Assembly (NCBI GenBank): GCA_902798975.1
Contig: CADBYT010000011.1
Span: forward strand, 628-64,627
From: an uncultured Bacteroidia bacterium
GTDB lineage: Bacteria; Bacteroidota; Bacteroidia; Bacteroidales; UBA932
Reading direction: 5' to 3'
Length of the DNA stretch: 64,000 bases
Shown: one piece after another, positions 16,705-26,663 of the stretch
How positions within the stretch are numbered: the stretch's first letter is position 1
How the letters are laid out: each line of letters starts with the position of its first letter
The notes under the pieces: model-generated
What the model was told of the DNA's origin: nothing
Seen by the model: only the letters and a program-made list of their open reading frames with translations
Database searches by the model: none
Translations under genes and position numbers: made by a program

Positions 16705-19365
16705 TTATTCGATCACGCCCGTGCCGGCATTGAAGTCGTAAATGATCTTCTGGCCGGCCGTGACAGGGACGTCGGCGGGATCACCGCCGGTGGCGCGATA
16801 CGAGATCTCGCCGTTCAGCGGAACGAACTCGGCATGCCACCAGTTGTCCACGGAAGGCAGGAGCGCGCTGTGGACAAAGGTGCGGACAGTGCCGTCACTG
16901 GATGCGGTGCCGACGAGCGTCGTTCCATCAACGGTGAAGAGATTGTCCGCATCGGCCGGGATCCAGTCCCCGTCCCATGCCGTTCCGATGCCGTACACCT
17001 TGGCGGGCTCGACAATGAGCCTGCTGCCGTCCATGTCGATGCCGATGCAGTAGATGCCGGTCTCGGAGACATAGCAATTGCCTCCGTCGACCGTGAAGCC
17101 CTCGTTGGTGTCCAGCTGGCAGAAATCCTTGCCCCAGCCGGCCTCCGGCGCGAACTTGAAGCCCTTGCCCGCCTCGATGTAGCGGATGGCCCAGAACATG
17201 CCGGCCTGCGAATGGAACGGCGTCATCGGGAGGAAGGTGCTCCAGTCCACGATACCTTCGCCGACCATGAACATTTCCTCCGGGAGTTCCGGATCCGGGG
17301 ATTCGCCGACCTTGGTGAGGGTCAGCTTGAACGGGCGGGTTGCGATGGAGAGAGTCAGGTCATAGATGCCGCTCTCGGCAACCGACATGTTGCCGCCGTG
17401 CTCGACGAGATTGTCGAAACTCTTGTCCTCGCCGAAGCCCAGGTTGGCCCGGAAGAAGTCGTCGTTGTCCCAACTCTGGTTGGAGCGGATCTTCCACTCG
17501 ATGCCCTTCTGAATTTCGACCCGGGAGGCGGTCCAGACGTTGTTCTGTTCGTCATAGGTGAAGGTCGCGTAATCCTCGGACCAGCCGTTGAAACCGCCGA
17601 TGATGCCCAGGGTGTTCACGGGGACCGTGCGGACCTCCAGGTTCTCCAGATCGACCCGGATGTAGCTGTAGGCCGTCGTGGTGCCCTCCTCGATATTGCC
17701 GCCGTCCTCCATGATGCCGAAAATGATCGTGCCGGTCACGTCATCCGTGACCACGGCCACGTCGTCGTTCCGGCCCCAGACCGTCGCGCCGTCGTCTTTC
17801 CAGCACGGCAGGCTGGTAAGCTTGAAGCCCCACTCGCCGCCGATCTTGGCAAAGCCCTCGTAGTGGCCTTCGCCGTCACCGGTGAGGACCGTTGCGGTGT
17901 GGTCCCAGCCGTTGTGGGAGCCGGGGACGTAAAGCTTCTCCGGGAAGGACATGTTGGCGAATTTCACCGTGTACGGGTGGCTGCCCATATCAACGGTCAC
18001 TTTGTAGTTGCCGGACAGGGAGGTCTCGTAGTTGCTGCCGCCGCCGTTCACGCCGTTGGAGTTGTCGATGGAGAAGTCCCAGTCGTTGTTGAGGCGGAAC
18101 TTGTACTCACCCGGGACGATGTCCGCGGTCACGGTGAATACATTGTTTTCCTTGTCCCATTCCATCGGGACTTCCTGATCCCAGCTGCCGAACGCGGTGC
18201 CGATGGCACCCAGGCTCTTGATGCTGATCATCCGGAGCTTGTTCAGCTTCTTGTTGAGCTGGATCAGGTAGATGTCGGACGGGACTTCGATGTTGGTGCT
18301 CGCGCCCACGGTGCCGTCTGCGAGGACATAGACGCCTTCCTTGCCGCCGATGGTCACGGCGCCGCCGAAGTCGTTGCCCCAGTCGGGCTCCGGGCAGAAC
18401 TTGAACTGGGTGTTGCCGCCGTCCTGGTTGGTCAGGTCAACGATGCCCTCGTAATAGCCCTTGACCGAGCCGGAGAGCTTCAGCGTAGGAGCCGTCGACG
18501 GCGTCCAACCCTGATAGTTGCCCGGGAGGTACAGGACCTCCGCGAAGGTGGCGACAAAGGTCGTGACGGTCATCCCTGCGTCCGCCTTGATGCCTTCCGG
18601 CATGGAGTCGCAGAAGGCTTCCACGAGGAATTTGACGGGCACGGCGGCCGCTTCGGCGCCGCCGGCGGCGATGACGGCCTCGTTGAGAGCGTCCACCGTC
18701 ATGGAGAACGAGGTCTCGGTAAGGCCTTCGGCCAGCAGGACCTCTCCCCGCTCAAGGGCGCGGGTGGCCATCATGGCCTCGGTCACGGTGCTCAGATAGA
18801 CATTGTATTTCACCTTTTCACCATAGACGAGACGGGCGGGCTCCCAGGAGAGGAGTGCCACCTCTTCCATCGCCCTGGCCGGATCGAGCACCAGTTCTTC
18901 CTGGGCCGGCGTGATGACGGGGGCGATGGCGTCGCCGTAGGCGTAGATGGTCACGCCCATCGCGTTGGACGCATACTCCTTGCCGTTATCGTCGGTAACG
19001 GAAACCTGGAACGACAGGACGAAGGTGTCGTTGACGGGCAGCGTCGGGAAGGTGGTGTACAGGAGGTTCTTGAAATCCGTCTTGGTGGTCTTGTAGATAG
19101 TCTGCGGAAGGGTCAGCAGCACCTTCGTGTCTTCGATATACGTCGCCTTGAGGGTGTAGTTCAATCCTTCCGGGAGGAATCGGTAGGCCGTCCAGGTGAA
19201 GTTCACGTCCTCGTCCATCGTGTTCTCGGTCATCAGGATATCTCCGTGGGCCAGGAACTCGGGAGCGACGGGATCCGTCGAGAAGGCGTCTTCCTGGAGG
19301 ATGGTGCAGGAGACACCACCGACGAGCAGGGCGGCAAGGGCCAGTATGTGTTTGATCTTTTTCAT
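16705..19365 (-). CDS. SusF/SusE-like multidomain starch-binding outer-membrane lipoprotein
   Basis: Lipobox GGVSC; repeated modules LYLPGNYQGW, LYVPGSHNGW, LGIIGGFNGW, GEYKFRLNNDW; position after susE-like gene. Confidence 0.8.
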   Translation of the reverse strand: MKKIKHILALAALLVGGVSCTILQEDAFSTDPVAPEFLAHGDILMTENTMDEDVNFTWTAYRFLPEGLNYTLKATYIEDTKVLLTLPQTIYKTTKTDFKNLLYTTFPTLPVNDTFVLSFQVSVTDDNGKEYASNAMGVTIYAYGDAIAPVITPAQEELVLDPARAMEEVALLSWEPARLVYGEKVKYNVYLSTVTEAMMATRALERGEVLLAEGLTETSFSMTVDALNEAVIAAGGAEAAAVPVKFLVEAFCDSMPEGIKADAGMTVTTFVATFAEVLYLPGNYQGWTPSTAPTLKLSGSVKGYYEGIVDLTNQDGGNTQFKFCPEPDWGNDFGGAVTIGGKEGVYVLADGTVGASTNIEVPSDIYLIQLNKKLNKLRMISIKSLGAIGTAFGSWDQEVPMEWDKENNVFTVTADIVPGEYKFRLNNDWDFSIDNSNGVNGGGSNYETSLSGNYKVTVDMGSHPYTVKFANMSFPEKLYVPGSHNGWDHTATVLTGDGEGHYEGFAKIGGEWGFKLTSLPCWKDDGATVWGRNDDVAVVTDDVTGTIIFGIMEDGGNIEEGTTTAYSYIRVDLENLEVRTVPVNTLGIIGGFNGWSEDYATFTYDEQNNVWTASRVEIQKGIEWKIRSNQSWDNDDFFRANLGFGEDKSFDNLVEHGGNMSVAESGIYDLTLSIATRPFKLTLTKVGESPDPELPEEMFMVGEGIVDWSTFLPMTPFHSQAGMFWAIRYIEAGKGFKFAPEAGWGKDFCQLDTNEGFTVDGGNCYVSETGIYCIGIDMDGSRLIVEPAKVYGIGTAWDGDWIPADADNLFTVDGTTLVGTASSDGTVRTFVHSALLPSVDNWWHAEFVPLNGEISYRATGGDPADVPVTAGQKIIYDFNAGTGVIE

Positions 19366-19384
19366 AATGCGTACTGTCAAAAGG

Positions 19385-20506
19385 TTACTGCGCGATATAG
19401 GTAATCACGAGCGGCGTGCGGTTGGCATAGAGCCGGACGATGTAGTTGCCTGCGCCGGGGGACTTGATGTTGGCGGCCGTGGCGCCGTTCTCAAGCTCGA
19501 AGCCGCCTTCGACCGAGCTGCTGGGCGAGGTGGCGGTGCCGTATTTGTTCTCGCCGTCCCAGTTGGCGTTGAGGCGGACAAGGAACTCGTCGCCGGCGGT
19601 GAAGGTCAGGACGGGCGTCTCCCAGACGTTGTTGACGTTGTCATAGACGAAGGAGACTTCCTGGTCGTCCGACCAGCTGCAGAAGGAGCCGATGAGGCCG
19701 ACCTTGGTGACATGCTGGCGGGTACCCTTCTTGGTGGTCATGTTGACCTCGATGAAGTTGATCGGTTCCGAAGCGGGTGTAGCCCAGTTGCCGTCGTCGT
19801 TCACGAAGATGCGGCCCCAGGCGGGTTCATAACCGTCGTTGTAGCCAAGCCAGGCACCGTTTGCAAAGATCTTGAACGGGCAGAAACCCTTACCGGCGTC
19901 CCAGTCCGCTTCCTTGAGCTGGACGAGGGTGCGGTATTTCTTGTTGCCGCCGTCGGTCTCCCATACTTTCCACTCTTCCTTTTCATTGCTGTCGCCCCAG
20001 CCGTTATAGACGCCCGGGAGGAAGATCCAGTCTTTCGCCGCCTCGAAGGTCGTGACGTCGAAACTGATCGAGTTGGACGTGTTCTTCATGGCGAAGGAAC
20101 TGGACGGCGTCGGGCCGGTGTAGACCTCGGCGACGACCTTGGCGCCTACGGTGCCGGTGCCGTTCTTCGGAATGCCGAGCGCCACGGCGCCGGAGTTGAT
20201 GGAAGCTTTCTCCACGGCCACGGAGGTCGAGAAGGTCTGTCCGATCAGGTAGTCGGCCTGGCCCGGACGGGTCAGGTAGAGCGTGTACTGGATCTGGACC
20301 GGCGCGCCGAAGGAGGCGGGCGACCAGTTGAATATCACGGATTCAACCTTGGCATTGTTGGCGTCGATACTCTGGTCGCTGACGCCCTGGAGAACCGGGG
20401 CGATGGACTCCGTGCCGACTTCGCTCATGGCATATTCCCGTTCGCAGGAAGCGAAAGTGAATACGGCAATGAAGGCCAACAGGATGATATAGATAGCTTT
20501 TTTCAT
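19385..20506 (-). CDS. SusE-like outer-membrane lipoprotein
   Basis: Lipobox TFASC; FNWSPASFG, IFLPGVYNGW, VGLIGSFCSW, EFLVRLNANWD. Confidence 0.8.
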   Translation of the reverse strand: MKKAIYIILLAFIAVFTFASCEREYAMSEVGTESIAPVLQGVSDQSIDANNAKVESVIFNWSPASFGAPVQIQYTLYLTRPGQADYLIGQTFSTSVAVEKASINSGAVALGIPKNGTGTVGAKVVAEVYTGPTPSSSFAMKNTSNSISFDVTTFEAAKDWIFLPGVYNGWGDSNEKEEWKVWETDGGNKKYRTLVQLKEADWDAGKGFCPFKIFANGAWLGYNDGYEPAWGRIFVNDDGNWATPASEPINFIEVNMTTKKGTRQHVTKVGLIGSFCSWSDDQEVSFVYDNVNNVWETPVLTFTAGDEFLVRLNANWDGENKYGTATSPSSSVEGGFELENGATAANIKSPGAGNYIVRLYANRTPLVITYIAQ

Positions 20507-20533
20507 CTTTCTGTGTATTTAAAGTGACTGCAA

Positions 20534-22192
20534 TCAATAACCGGGATTCTGCTTGAGGTTCGAATTGGCATTGATATCCGAAACAAGGAGCGGATAGATG
20601 GTGCGGTAGGCGGGCAGGGAAACCTTGCCGTTCGGCACGCCGCCCTTGCCGGCCCACGGGAACGAAGCGGAGGTGAAATAGCCGTAGCGGATGAGGTCCG
20701 TGCGGCGGTGACCCTCCAGCATCAGTTCGCGGGCGCGCTCGTCGAGCAGCCAGTCGAGGGTGACGGCATCCGGCATTTCCACGCCGGCACGGTCGCGCAG
20801 GGCCTGGATGTAGCCGAGGGCCGTCGGATCGGTCGTCTCGCCGCCATGCAGGCGGGCGTCCGCCTCAGCATAGATCAGGTACATTTCCGCGAGGCGGAAG
20901 ATCGGGAAGTCGCAGGAGGAGAACTTGAAGTTCGCGCTGGAACGGTCGAGGATCGTGCCGTCGGACTTGAGGCTGCTCCATTTCCAGCAGCGCCAGCCGG
21001 TCTTGGTGGTCGTGGCGATGAACTCGGGCTCGCCCTCGTTGAAGAAGAACGCTCGCTTGTCGGAACGCTCGCGGTCGTAGCCGAATCCGGTGCCGTCCCA
21101 GTTCTCACCCTTGAGTTCGAAGCGGGCGACATAGTCGGGAGCCACGTGATAGCCGTCCCAACTTTCGGGCATGATCGTATCGCTCAAGCCGAGCAGGGAG
21201 CTGATCTTGGAATTGGCGGCACCTCCGACGAAAGCGGAACACATCGTAGTCGTGCCGCCCCAGCTCTGGGCATGGTCGCGGTCGTACTCGACGGCGAAGA
21301 TGAATTCGTCGGCCGCAGCGCCGCTCTCGGTGTTGTCCTGCATGAAGAGTTCCTGGTATTTCGGGTGGAGTACATAGCCCATGTCGATGACGGCCTTGGC
21401 CGCATCCTTGGCGTCCTGCCACCGGGCCGTGCCGGTGTAAACCTCAGCGTTGAGGTACATGCGGGCGAGGAGGGCCTGGACGGAACCCTTGGTCGGACGC
21501 GGATAGGGAACGGCGCCCTTGGCCGGCATGTCATTGCCGGACAGGAGATCGTTGCACTCCGTCTCGATCCAGGTGAACAGTTCTGCGCGCTGGATCTGCT
21601 TGGGAGCCTCACCCATGATGTTTTCAGGCATCGGGAACGGCGGGTTGCCGAAGAGGTCCATCAGCATATAATAGAACAGGGCCCGGTGGAATCGGGCTTC
21701 AGCCCGGTAGCCGGCGATGTCTCCCGCCAGGTTCTCGTGTCCGCGGGCGGCGAGTTGTTCCGGTGCGGTCTGAAGCAGGAATTCGTTGACGAGGGTGATC
21801 CCCTTCAGGCAGCGGGTATAAACAGCAATCGTAGCGGCGTTCTCCGTGGCCGTCCAGCGGTTGTTCTGAAGCTCGGAGACGTAGCTGTCTCCCGTCCAGC
21901 TGCACTTGAAGGAGTCGACGGAAAGTTCGTTGAGGTTGATATACTGGCGGACCAGTTCGCTCTGGCCGGCATCCTTGACGCTGATGTCAGGGGATCCCGG
22001 GTCGCTGGAGCTGACGAAATTGTAGAAAGCGTTGATGTAGGTCAGGGCCGACAGGTAATCCGCCCCGGTCTGATAGGCATCGTCCGCCGTCGTTTCGGTC
22101 TCGTTGAGCAGGTGGGTGTTGAGGTCCCAGACGCAGGAAGAGAGAACCAGGGCGGCAAGCGCCACAAGCGTGATATTGAGTATCTTTTTCAT
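20534..22192 (-). CDS. susD: SusD/RagB family lipoprotein (starch type)
   Basis: Lipobox LSSC; AEARFHRA, DLFGNPPF, LARMYLNAEVYTG, FRLAEMYLIYAEA, ERARELMLEGHRRTDLIRYG, QNPGY. Confidence 0.95.
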   Translation of the reverse strand: MKKILNITLVALAALVLSSCVWDLNTHLLNETETTADDAYQTGADYLSALTYINAFYNFVSSSDPGSPDISVKDAGQSELVRQYINLNELSVDSFKCSWTGDSYVSELQNNRWTATENAATIAVYTRCLKGITLVNEFLLQTAPEQLAARGHENLAGDIAGYRAEARFHRALFYYMLMDLFGNPPFPMPENIMGEAPKQIQRAELFTWIETECNDLLSGNDMPAKGAVPYPRPTKGSVQALLARMYLNAEVYTGTARWQDAKDAAKAVIDMGYVLHPKYQELFMQDNTESGAAADEFIFAVEYDRDHAQSWGGTTTMCSAFVGGAANSKISSLLGLSDTIMPESWDGYHVAPDYVARFELKGENWDGTGFGYDRERSDKRAFFFNEGEPEFIATTTKTGWRCWKWSSLKSDGTILDRSSANFKFSSCDFPIFRLAEMYLIYAEADARLHGGETTDPTALGYIQALRDRAGVEMPDAVTLDWLLDERARELMLEGHRRTDLIRYGYFTSASFPWAGKGGVPNGKVSLPAYRTIYPLLVSDINANSNLKQNPGY

Positions 22193-22204
22193 ATCCGTTG
22201 CCAA

Positions 22205-25162
22205 TTAGAAGTTGATGTTGAGACGGATCGTGTAGAGGCGCGGGCGCGGGAACATGTTGTTGTCCACGCCGTCGACACCCTGAAGCTCGGGATCCAGGCC
22301 CCGGTACTTGGTGAAGGTGGCCACGTTCTGGATGGAAGCAGCCACGCGGATCGACTCGGCGAAGCGCTTGAGGTGGAAGGTGTAGCCGAGATTGATGTCG
22401 TCGATCTTGAAGAACGAGGTGTTCTCGACGAACATGTCGGAGTATTTCTGGACGGTCTGCGGGAGATCCGACCAGCCCGGGATCAGGTACGTGTTGCTCC
22501 AGTTCTGGATGAAGTTCTTGGAGGCGTCCTCGGAGATGGCGGCGCTGTAGCCCATGGCCACGCGGTTGAGGGCGTAGCTGCCGACGGAACCGTGGCCGTT
22601 GATGCTGAAGTCCCAGTTCTTGTAGCTCAGGTGCGTGTTGACGCCGAAGAACATCCAGGGATTCGGACTGTAGCCGGTCACGTAGCGGTCGGACTCGGAG
22701 ATGGTGCCGTCGCCGTTACGGTCGACGAGCACGTTCTCGATCGGCCGGCCGAGCGTGTCGTAGGCCTGCTCGTAGAGATAGAAGGTATAAGGGGCGAAGC
22801 CGACCCGGTGCAGGGAGGTGTAGCCGTCGGTGCCGCCGAGGTTCGGGCCCGTGGTCACGCCGAGGTAGCCGGCGATGTTCTTCGCCGTCAGCTTGGTGAT
22901 CCTGGTGTCCTGGAAGGTGACGTTGCCGCCGATGGACCAGTGCCAGTCCTTGGTCTCGACCGGGACGGTGTTGAGGGTGATTTCAACACCCTTGTTGACC
23001 ATCTCGCCGATGTTGTCGATCAGCATGTTGGTGAAGTTGGTACCCATCGGGAAATTGATGGAGTTCAACAGGTCGAAGGTGCGACGGTAGTAGGCCTCCA
23101 CGGTACCGGTGAGGCGGTCGCCGAAGAAGCCGAAGTCGAGGCCGGCGTTCCAGGTCTCGGTGGTTTCCCACTTGATGTCGGGATTGTAGGCCACCGGGCC
23201 GAGGACGTTACTGTTGTCGTTGCCCATGTTGTAGCGCATACGCTGGTCCGTGGCCTGGTAGTAGCGGGCGACGTACGGGTAGTAGTCGCCACCGATGTCC
23301 TGCTGGCCGGTGCGGCCCCAGCCGAGGCGGAGCTTCAGCGCGGACACGTTGCGGACACCCTTCAGGAAGTCCTCGTTGGCGATGTTCCAGGCGAAGGCCG
23401 CGGACGGGAAGAATCCCCAGCGGTTCTTCGGGGAGAAGCGGGAAGAGGCATCCTCGCGGACGGTAAAAGTGAAGAGGTACTTCGACCGGATCGCCCAGTT
23501 GACGCGCCCGAAGAAGGAAATCAGCACATATTCCCGGGCGTCGAAAGGCTTGACCTCGTAGATGTCGGCATCCTGCCAGCGCGGTTCCTTGTTATAGTAC
23601 TGCGTGTTGTCGTAGCGGACGTAGTTTCGCTGCCAGGAGTAACCGGCCATCGCGTCGAGTGTGCACCAGTCGAACTCATGGTTGTAGTCGGCGTAGGCCT
23701 CGAGCAACAGGTTGCGGTTGTAGTTCTTGTAGATGACCGCATAGTCCGGCGTGGCGCGCAGGGAGCTGTAGGAACCGATCTCATTGTACTGATTGCCGAC
23801 CGTGCCTGCGATATCGTAGCCGAGGTTGAGGTTGAAACGGAGATCCTCCAGGCCGTGGACCTTGTAATCCACCTGCATGTTGCCGATGCTGCGGAGGGTC
23901 TGGCCCTGGTTGTAGTAGTCATACAGGACGGACAGCGGGTTGGTGGAAGCCATGGTGTTGGGCGTCCCATTCGCGTTGTACCAGTTCCAGGGGGTGCCGT
24001 CGGCGCGGTAGACAGGGTGGGTCGGATCGTAAGCAACGGCCGCGCCCACGGCGCCGCTGTTGGCCCAGACGGTCTTCTGGTAGATACCCTTCAGGTTCAC
24101 ATTGACGGAGAGGTGGTCATCCAGGAATTTCGGCGAGAGGCTCAGGTCGGCGTTGACGCGGTTGTTGTCGCCGAGCTTGATGGTGGCCTGGTCGAGGTTG
24201 TAGCCGACGCTGACGCGGAACGGAAGTTTGTTGCCGCCGTAAACGCTGAGGTTGTGGTCGGTGGACACGCCGATGCGGTAGATCTGGTCCTGCCAGTTGG
24301 TACTGTCCTCGCCGAGCAGGGAGCTATACTCCGGGTGATAGGCTTTCACGGCGCCGCGGAACTGATAGCCGTTCATCATATCGAGCGTGGCGATGTTCTG
24401 TTTGGCGCTGACGCTGCCGTTGTAGGTGACCCTGATCCGGCCGCCGTTGCCCTTCTTGGTGGTGATGATGATGACGCCGTTGGAGGCGCGGGAGCCGTAG
24501 ATGGCGGTCGCGGAGGCATCCTTCAGCACGGAGAAACTCTCGATGTCGTTCGGGTTCACGGAAGCGAGCGGATCGCCCATGCCGGCACCGCCGTCACCGG
24601 TCACGGGCACGCCGTCGATGACGATGAGCGGGTCGTTGCTGGCGGTCAGGGAGGCGGCGCCGCGGATGCGGATCATCGCGCCGTCACCGGGCTGGCCGGA
24701 AGCCGGCACGATGTGCAGACCGGATACCTTGCCCATGAGGGCCTGGCTCGGGGATGTGATGGCGCCGCGGTTCATCTCGTCGTTCTTGATGGCGACCACG
24801 GAACCGGTCATATCGCTCTTCTTGACTGTGCCGTAACCGATCACCACGACCTCGTCGAGGAACTCATTGTCCTCGTGGAGGGTGATCGTGGACGGCATCT
24901 CAGAAGCCTTGAAACTGAGAGAGGTGTAGCCGATGCAGCTTACCTCGACGGTGGCATCGGGAGAAGACACCCTGATGGAGAAGGTGCCGTCCAGGTCGGT
25001 CACGGCGCCGTTGGTCGTGCCTGCCTCGAGGACAGCCGCACCGATCACCGGACCCATCTGGTCGACAACCACACCCTGGACCGTGAAGCCTTGTGCGCTC
25101 GCGGTGAGGGACATCACGCCCGAGAGCGCGATGGCCGCAAGGAGGGATAGGATCTTTTTCAT
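22205..25162 (-). CDS. susC: SusC/RagA TonB-dependent transporter
   Basis: LDEVVVIGYG, VLKDASATAIYGSRASNGVIIITTKKG, IKWETTETWNAG, C-terminal LNINF. Confidence 0.97.
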   Translation of the reverse strand: MKKILSLLAAIALSGVMSLTASAQGFTVQGVVVDQMGPVIGAAVLEAGTTNGAVTDLDGTFSIRVSSPDATVEVSCIGYTSLSFKASEMPSTITLHEDNEFLDEVVVIGYGTVKKSDMTGSVVAIKNDEMNRGAITSPSQALMGKVSGLHIVPASGQPGDGAMIRIRGAASLTASNDPLIVIDGVPVTGDGGAGMGDPLASVNPNDIESFSVLKDASATAIYGSRASNGVIIITTKKGNGGRIRVTYNGSVSAKQNIATLDMMNGYQFRGAVKAYHPEYSSLLGEDSTNWQDQIYRIGVSTDHNLSVYGGNKLPFRVSVGYNLDQATIKLGDNNRVNADLSLSPKFLDDHLSVNVNLKGIYQKTVWANSGAVGAAVAYDPTHPVYRADGTPWNWYNANGTPNTMASTNPLSVLYDYYNQGQTLRSIGNMQVDYKVHGLEDLRFNLNLGYDIAGTVGNQYNEIGSYSSLRATPDYAVIYKNYNRNLLLEAYADYNHEFDWCTLDAMAGYSWQRNYVRYDNTQYYNKEPRWQDADIYEVKPFDAREYVLISFFGRVNWAIRSKYLFTFTVREDASSRFSPKNRWGFFPSAAFAWNIANEDFLKGVRNVSALKLRLGWGRTGQQDIGGDYYPYVARYYQATDQRMRYNMGNDNSNVLGPVAYNPDIKWETTETWNAGLDFGFFGDRLTGTVEAYYRRTFDLLNSINFPMGTNFTNMLIDNIGEMVNKGVEITLNTVPVETKDWHWSIGGNVTFQDTRITKLTAKNIAGYLGVTTGPNLGGTDGYTSLHRVGFAPYTFYLYEQAYDTLGRPIENVLVDRNGDGTISESDRYVTGYSPNPWMFFGVNTHLSYKNWDFSINGHGSVGSYALNRVAMGYSAAISEDASKNFIQNWSNTYLIPGWSDLPQTVQKYSDMFVENTSFFKIDDINLGYTFHLKRFAESIRVAASIQNVATFTKYRGLDPELQGVDGVDNNMFPRPRLYTIRLNINF

Positions 25163-25189
25163 GTTAGAAAATGGTTAGTATTAAATGGA

Positions 25190-26524
25190 TTAGTTGTTTT
25201 TCTCTTTCACGAGCGCCACGGCGAAGCTACCGCAGACGAGCAATGCGCCGGCGACCACCAGCATGTGCGCCTGTACGCCGCCGACCCACTTCAGCACCAC
25301 GCCGCCCAGGGCCGCCGCCACGATCTGCGGCAGGCAGATGGTACAGTTGAAGAGCCCGAGGTACGATCCCATGTGGCTGCCGCTCAGTGAGTTCGTGAGC
25401 AAGGTAAAAGGAAGCGCCAGCATTGCCGCCCAGGCCGCTCCGATCAGGAAGTACGACACGAACAGCAGATACTGGTTGTGCACAAACGCGACGGAGATGA
25501 ATCCGGTCGCGCCGATCAGCAGGCTCACGACGTAGGCGAGCCTCAGGGATTTGAATTTCGGCAGCACGATGGCCCAGAGGATGGATCCCACCGCCTGCAC
25601 GGCGAAGACGACCCCCACCCAGTTGCCGGCGGCCTGGTAGCCCTCGGATGCGGGATCCGTGGTGCCCCAGCAGTTCGCCGCCACGGCGCCGTTGGTGTAG
25701 GTCCACATATACATAAAGGCCGCCCAGCAGAAGAACTGCACCAGTCCCACGGTCCAGAAGGTCTTCGGCGCGTGCAGCAGGAGCTTGAAGAGCCCCGGCT
25801 TGTTCTGCTCGTCCTCGGCCTGCTTCTGCGGATCGATGCTGTGGAAGGCGGCGTACTCTGCCGGCGGCATCTCCTTCACCTTGGCGAAGGTGTACAGCAC
25901 GCAGAGGATCAGGATGGCGGCGCCGCAGTAGAAGCTCCACACCACGGAAGGCGGGATGACGCCCTTGGGGGCGGTGTTGGCGATGCCGATCCAGGTGAAG
26001 AAAATCGGGAAAAGGTAGCCCACCAGGCTGCCGGCGTTGCAGAGCAGCGACTGGATCGAATAGGCCGTCGCCTTCTGCTCCTCGTCCACCATATCGCCGA
26101 CCATCATCTTAAAAGGCTGCATGGCCACATTGATCGAGGTGTCGAGGAAGATCAGCGAGAAGAGCCCGAACCACATGGCGCCGTTCAGGCCCAACAGCAG
26201 ACGGCTGCTGAAATTGAGGCTGCCCGCATTGGGCAGGAGGAGCATCACCAGCACAGCCACGACGGCGCCGACCAGCAGGTACGGCTTGCGGCGGCCCATC
26301 CGGCACCAGGTGCGGTCGGAATACTTGCCGATGAGGGGTTGGACGATCATGCCCATCAACGGGGGCAGGATCCAGAAGAAGCTGAGCTGGTGCGGGTCCG
26401 CACCCAGCGTTGCGAATATTCGGCTGATGTTGGCGCTCTGCAGGGCATAGGCGATCTGCACTCCGAAAAATCCGAAGCTGAGGTTCCACATCTGCCAGAA
26501 AGTGAGGTATTTCTTGGGTTGCAT
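25190..26524 (-). CDS. MFS sugar transporter (maltose/sucrose permease type)
   Basis: MWNLSFGFFGVQ, GKYSDRTWCRMGRRKPY, GLFNCTICLPQI; about 12 hydrophobic segments; start re-assigned to MQPKK. Confidence 0.9.
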   Translation of the reverse strand: MQPKKYLTFWQMWNLSFGFFGVQIAYALQSANISRIFATLGADPHQLSFFWILPPLMGMIVQPLIGKYSDRTWCRMGRRKPYLLVGAVVAVLVMLLLPNAGSLNFSSRLLLGLNGAMWFGLFSLIFLDTSINVAMQPFKMMVGDMVDEEQKATAYSIQSLLCNAGSLVGYLFPIFFTWIGIANTAPKGVIPPSVVWSFYCGAAILILCVLYTFAKVKEMPPAEYAAFHSIDPQKQAEDEQNKPGLFKLLLHAPKTFWTVGLVQFFCWAAFMYMWTYTNGAVAANCWGTTDPASEGYQAAGNWVGVVFAVQAVGSILWAIVLPKFKSLRLAYVVSLLIGATGFISVAFVHNQYLLFVSYFLIGAAWAAMLALPFTLLTNSLSGSHMGSYLGLFNCTICLPQIVAAALGGVVLKWVGGVQAHMLVVAGALLVCGSFAVALVKEKNN

Positions 26525-26602
26525 TTTAGTGTTATTCTGCGACCAAGATAGAAAGCTTTTCCCTTCTTTAATACACACGTGCGACGGACTGCGGAGAATA
26601 AT

Positions 26603-26635
26603 CGGATGAATTTTGCGTATTTCCGGATGAATTTT
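26603..26635. promoter_or_regulatory. Direct repeat CGGATGAATTTT x2, 21-bp period (probable LytTR binding site)
   Basis: Copies at 26603-26614 and 26624-26635; abuts TAacTTTG (26636-26643, +) and lies upstream of TAtcTTGG (26543-26550, -). Confidence 0.65.
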
Positions 26636-26663
26636 TAACTTTGACGGACAGAAACGCCGCTTT

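Noticed and set aside
16027-25150. Very long plus-strand ORFs (1125 aa, 443 aa, 1480 aa)
   Set aside because: Antisense to susG/F/E/D/C; expected from high-GC codon bias; no domain signatures.
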